A stretch of 63,628 bases of DNA, counting the filler, from Reclinomonas americana ATCC 50394 (taxonomy: Eukaryota): NCBI GenBank assembly GCA_048213135.1. It is 19 parts of 19 records of this genome, joined end to end, with 100 filler letters (N's around TTAATTAATTAA, not from the genome) between each part and the next. Parts side by side here need not be neighbours in the genome. Positions count along the whole stretch, not along the records: positions 62,183 to 63,628 come from AFZH01017850.1; 18 more parts are not named here. One strand, 5' to 3'. Shown here one piece after another: positions 62,255-63,628 of the stretch; position 1 is the first letter of the stretch, and each line of letters begins with the position of its first letter. The position numbers and the translations under genes were made by a program. The notes beneath the pieces were generated by a model. The model saw only the letters and a list, made by a program, of their open reading frames with translations. It searched no databases and was not told the origin of the DNA.

Positions 62255-63448
62255 CACTCTCTCTCCTCTCACTCACTTCCCTCTCTCTCCTTTCCCTTTT
62301 CCCTCTCTCTCTCTCTGCGCCCTTTGCAGAAAGTGCAACTGCCGACCTTTGACGAGGCCGAGTTGAGCCGACTGATCACCGTGGACATTAATTGCCCGAG
62401 TCTGGTCGAGTACCTTCGCGGTTTTGACATTGCGCTGCTGGTGCTGCAAAAGAGCTGTTGCGTTGTTGTTTTCTGCTCTCTCGCTGTCTCTTCTCTGCTC
62501 CGCTCACGTCGCCCAGACGCCATTACACGCGCGTTTTATGAAATGGCCGAGGATGCCTCGAAGGATGGTGTCAGGTACCTCGAGATCCGCTTCAGCCCGC
62601 TGTTGCACACTCGGGAAGGCCTTGCGCTGTCGCAGATTATGGAGGTATGTGTCCACCGAAGAGGCATTCGCAGCTGTGTCGCTCTCACACGCGCGCCTTG
62701 CATTGCAGGCTGCGCTCGAGGGACAAGTCATGGCGGAGAACCACTTGAATATCATTGTGCGAATCATTTTGTGTGGAATGCGGTGCGTTCTGCTCTCCTC
62801 TTGTCATGCTTGTCATGGTCTTCCATTCTTCCTCTCTTCTCCGTGTCTTCATTCCTTGTCCTCCAGTGAGACTGAATCAATCATGCTTGCAGTCAAATGC
62901 CCCCGCGTGTCACCAAGAACCTGGCCGAAATCGCCTGGCGGTACCGCCATCGTGGTGTTCGTCAGCTTCCCCCGCTCCGCTCTCCTTTGCTCTTCACTCA
63001 CGTGCACGGGGCGCACAGGTGGTGGGCTACGATTTGGCCGGCCCCGAAGACGGTTTCAGCTCGAAGCAACATCAAGAGGCGTTCGACATTGTTCGCCGCA
63101 AGTGCGTCAATTGTACCCTCCACTCGGGCGAGGCCGCCGGTTCGCAGGCAGTGAGAATTCGCGCGCGATTGCATATGTGGCTGATTTTGTTTATTGGGGG
63201 CAGGATGGGAGTCGATCCTGGACAGCATCCGCTACTGCGGTGCGCAGCGTCTCGGCCACGGTGTGCGTCTGGTGGAGAGCGAAGATTTGCTGCAGTATGT
63301 CGTGGACCAGCGCATTGTGATCGAGTCGTGCGTCACCAGCAACCTCCAAACCAAGGCCGTCGAGTCGCTCGACAAGCACCCCATTCGTCGTTTCTTCGAC
63401 GCCGGCATTATTGTGGTGCCGTGCACCGACAATCCAACCGTGTCCGGA
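61594..63448 (+). CDS. Adenosine deaminase family protein (3' end beyond window); spans gap 62083-62182
   Basis: LPKAELHAHL, SLVEYLRGF, DGVRYLEIRFSP, GVVGYDLAGPE, TLHSGEAAG, RLGHGV, ESCVTSN and CTDNPT. Confidence 0.95.
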
Positions 63449-63628
63449 GTGTGTCTGTCATGTTGCGTTGCGAGCACACACAGTGCACTCGGATGCATTT
63501 AGTTGTCGCTCCTCTTCTCTTCACTGCCTCTAACGACGCCCATCATTTTCTTTATTCCCTCTCTTCCCCCTTTCCACTTCCCCCTATCCACTTCCCCCTT
63601 TCGCTTCCGCCTTTCGCTTCCCATTTTC

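Overview
Scaffold segment from an intron-rich, GC-rich, microsatellite-laden microbial eukaryote (a protist; lineage not assignable from this window). It has 18 assembly gaps, each a 100-nt N-run around TTAATTAATTAA. Several genes (ClC, MTHFR-like, ADA, WD40, EGF/BNR) run across gaps in the right order and strand, so contig order looks real. Manual splicing gives about 20 genes: an anoctamin, BTB-BACK-TLDc, a highly repetitive WD40 protein, a GT8 glycosyltransferase, a CBM48 protein, a Nam8/RBP45-like RRM protein, a ClC exchanger, insulysin, two CPH-domain paralogs, a four-repeat protein of unknown function, PLAC8, an HSL-family esterase, a degenerate MTHFR, a large secreted EGF/BNR protein, a YTH protein, a SURNod19-like protein and adenosine deaminase. 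The standard genetic code fits. The strongest signal is in splicing: about 25 introns use a donor GTTGCGT/C, the organism's ordinary GTGCGT displaced by one base, and none of them follows an exonic G. GC-AG donors are also frequent. Other notable items are a four-fold repeated unrecognised Cys-containing domain, CPH domains outside their usual animal E3-ligase context, a CGATCG-module array, and two palindrome-dense non-coding blocks. All gene models are hand-derived and unverified by transcript data.
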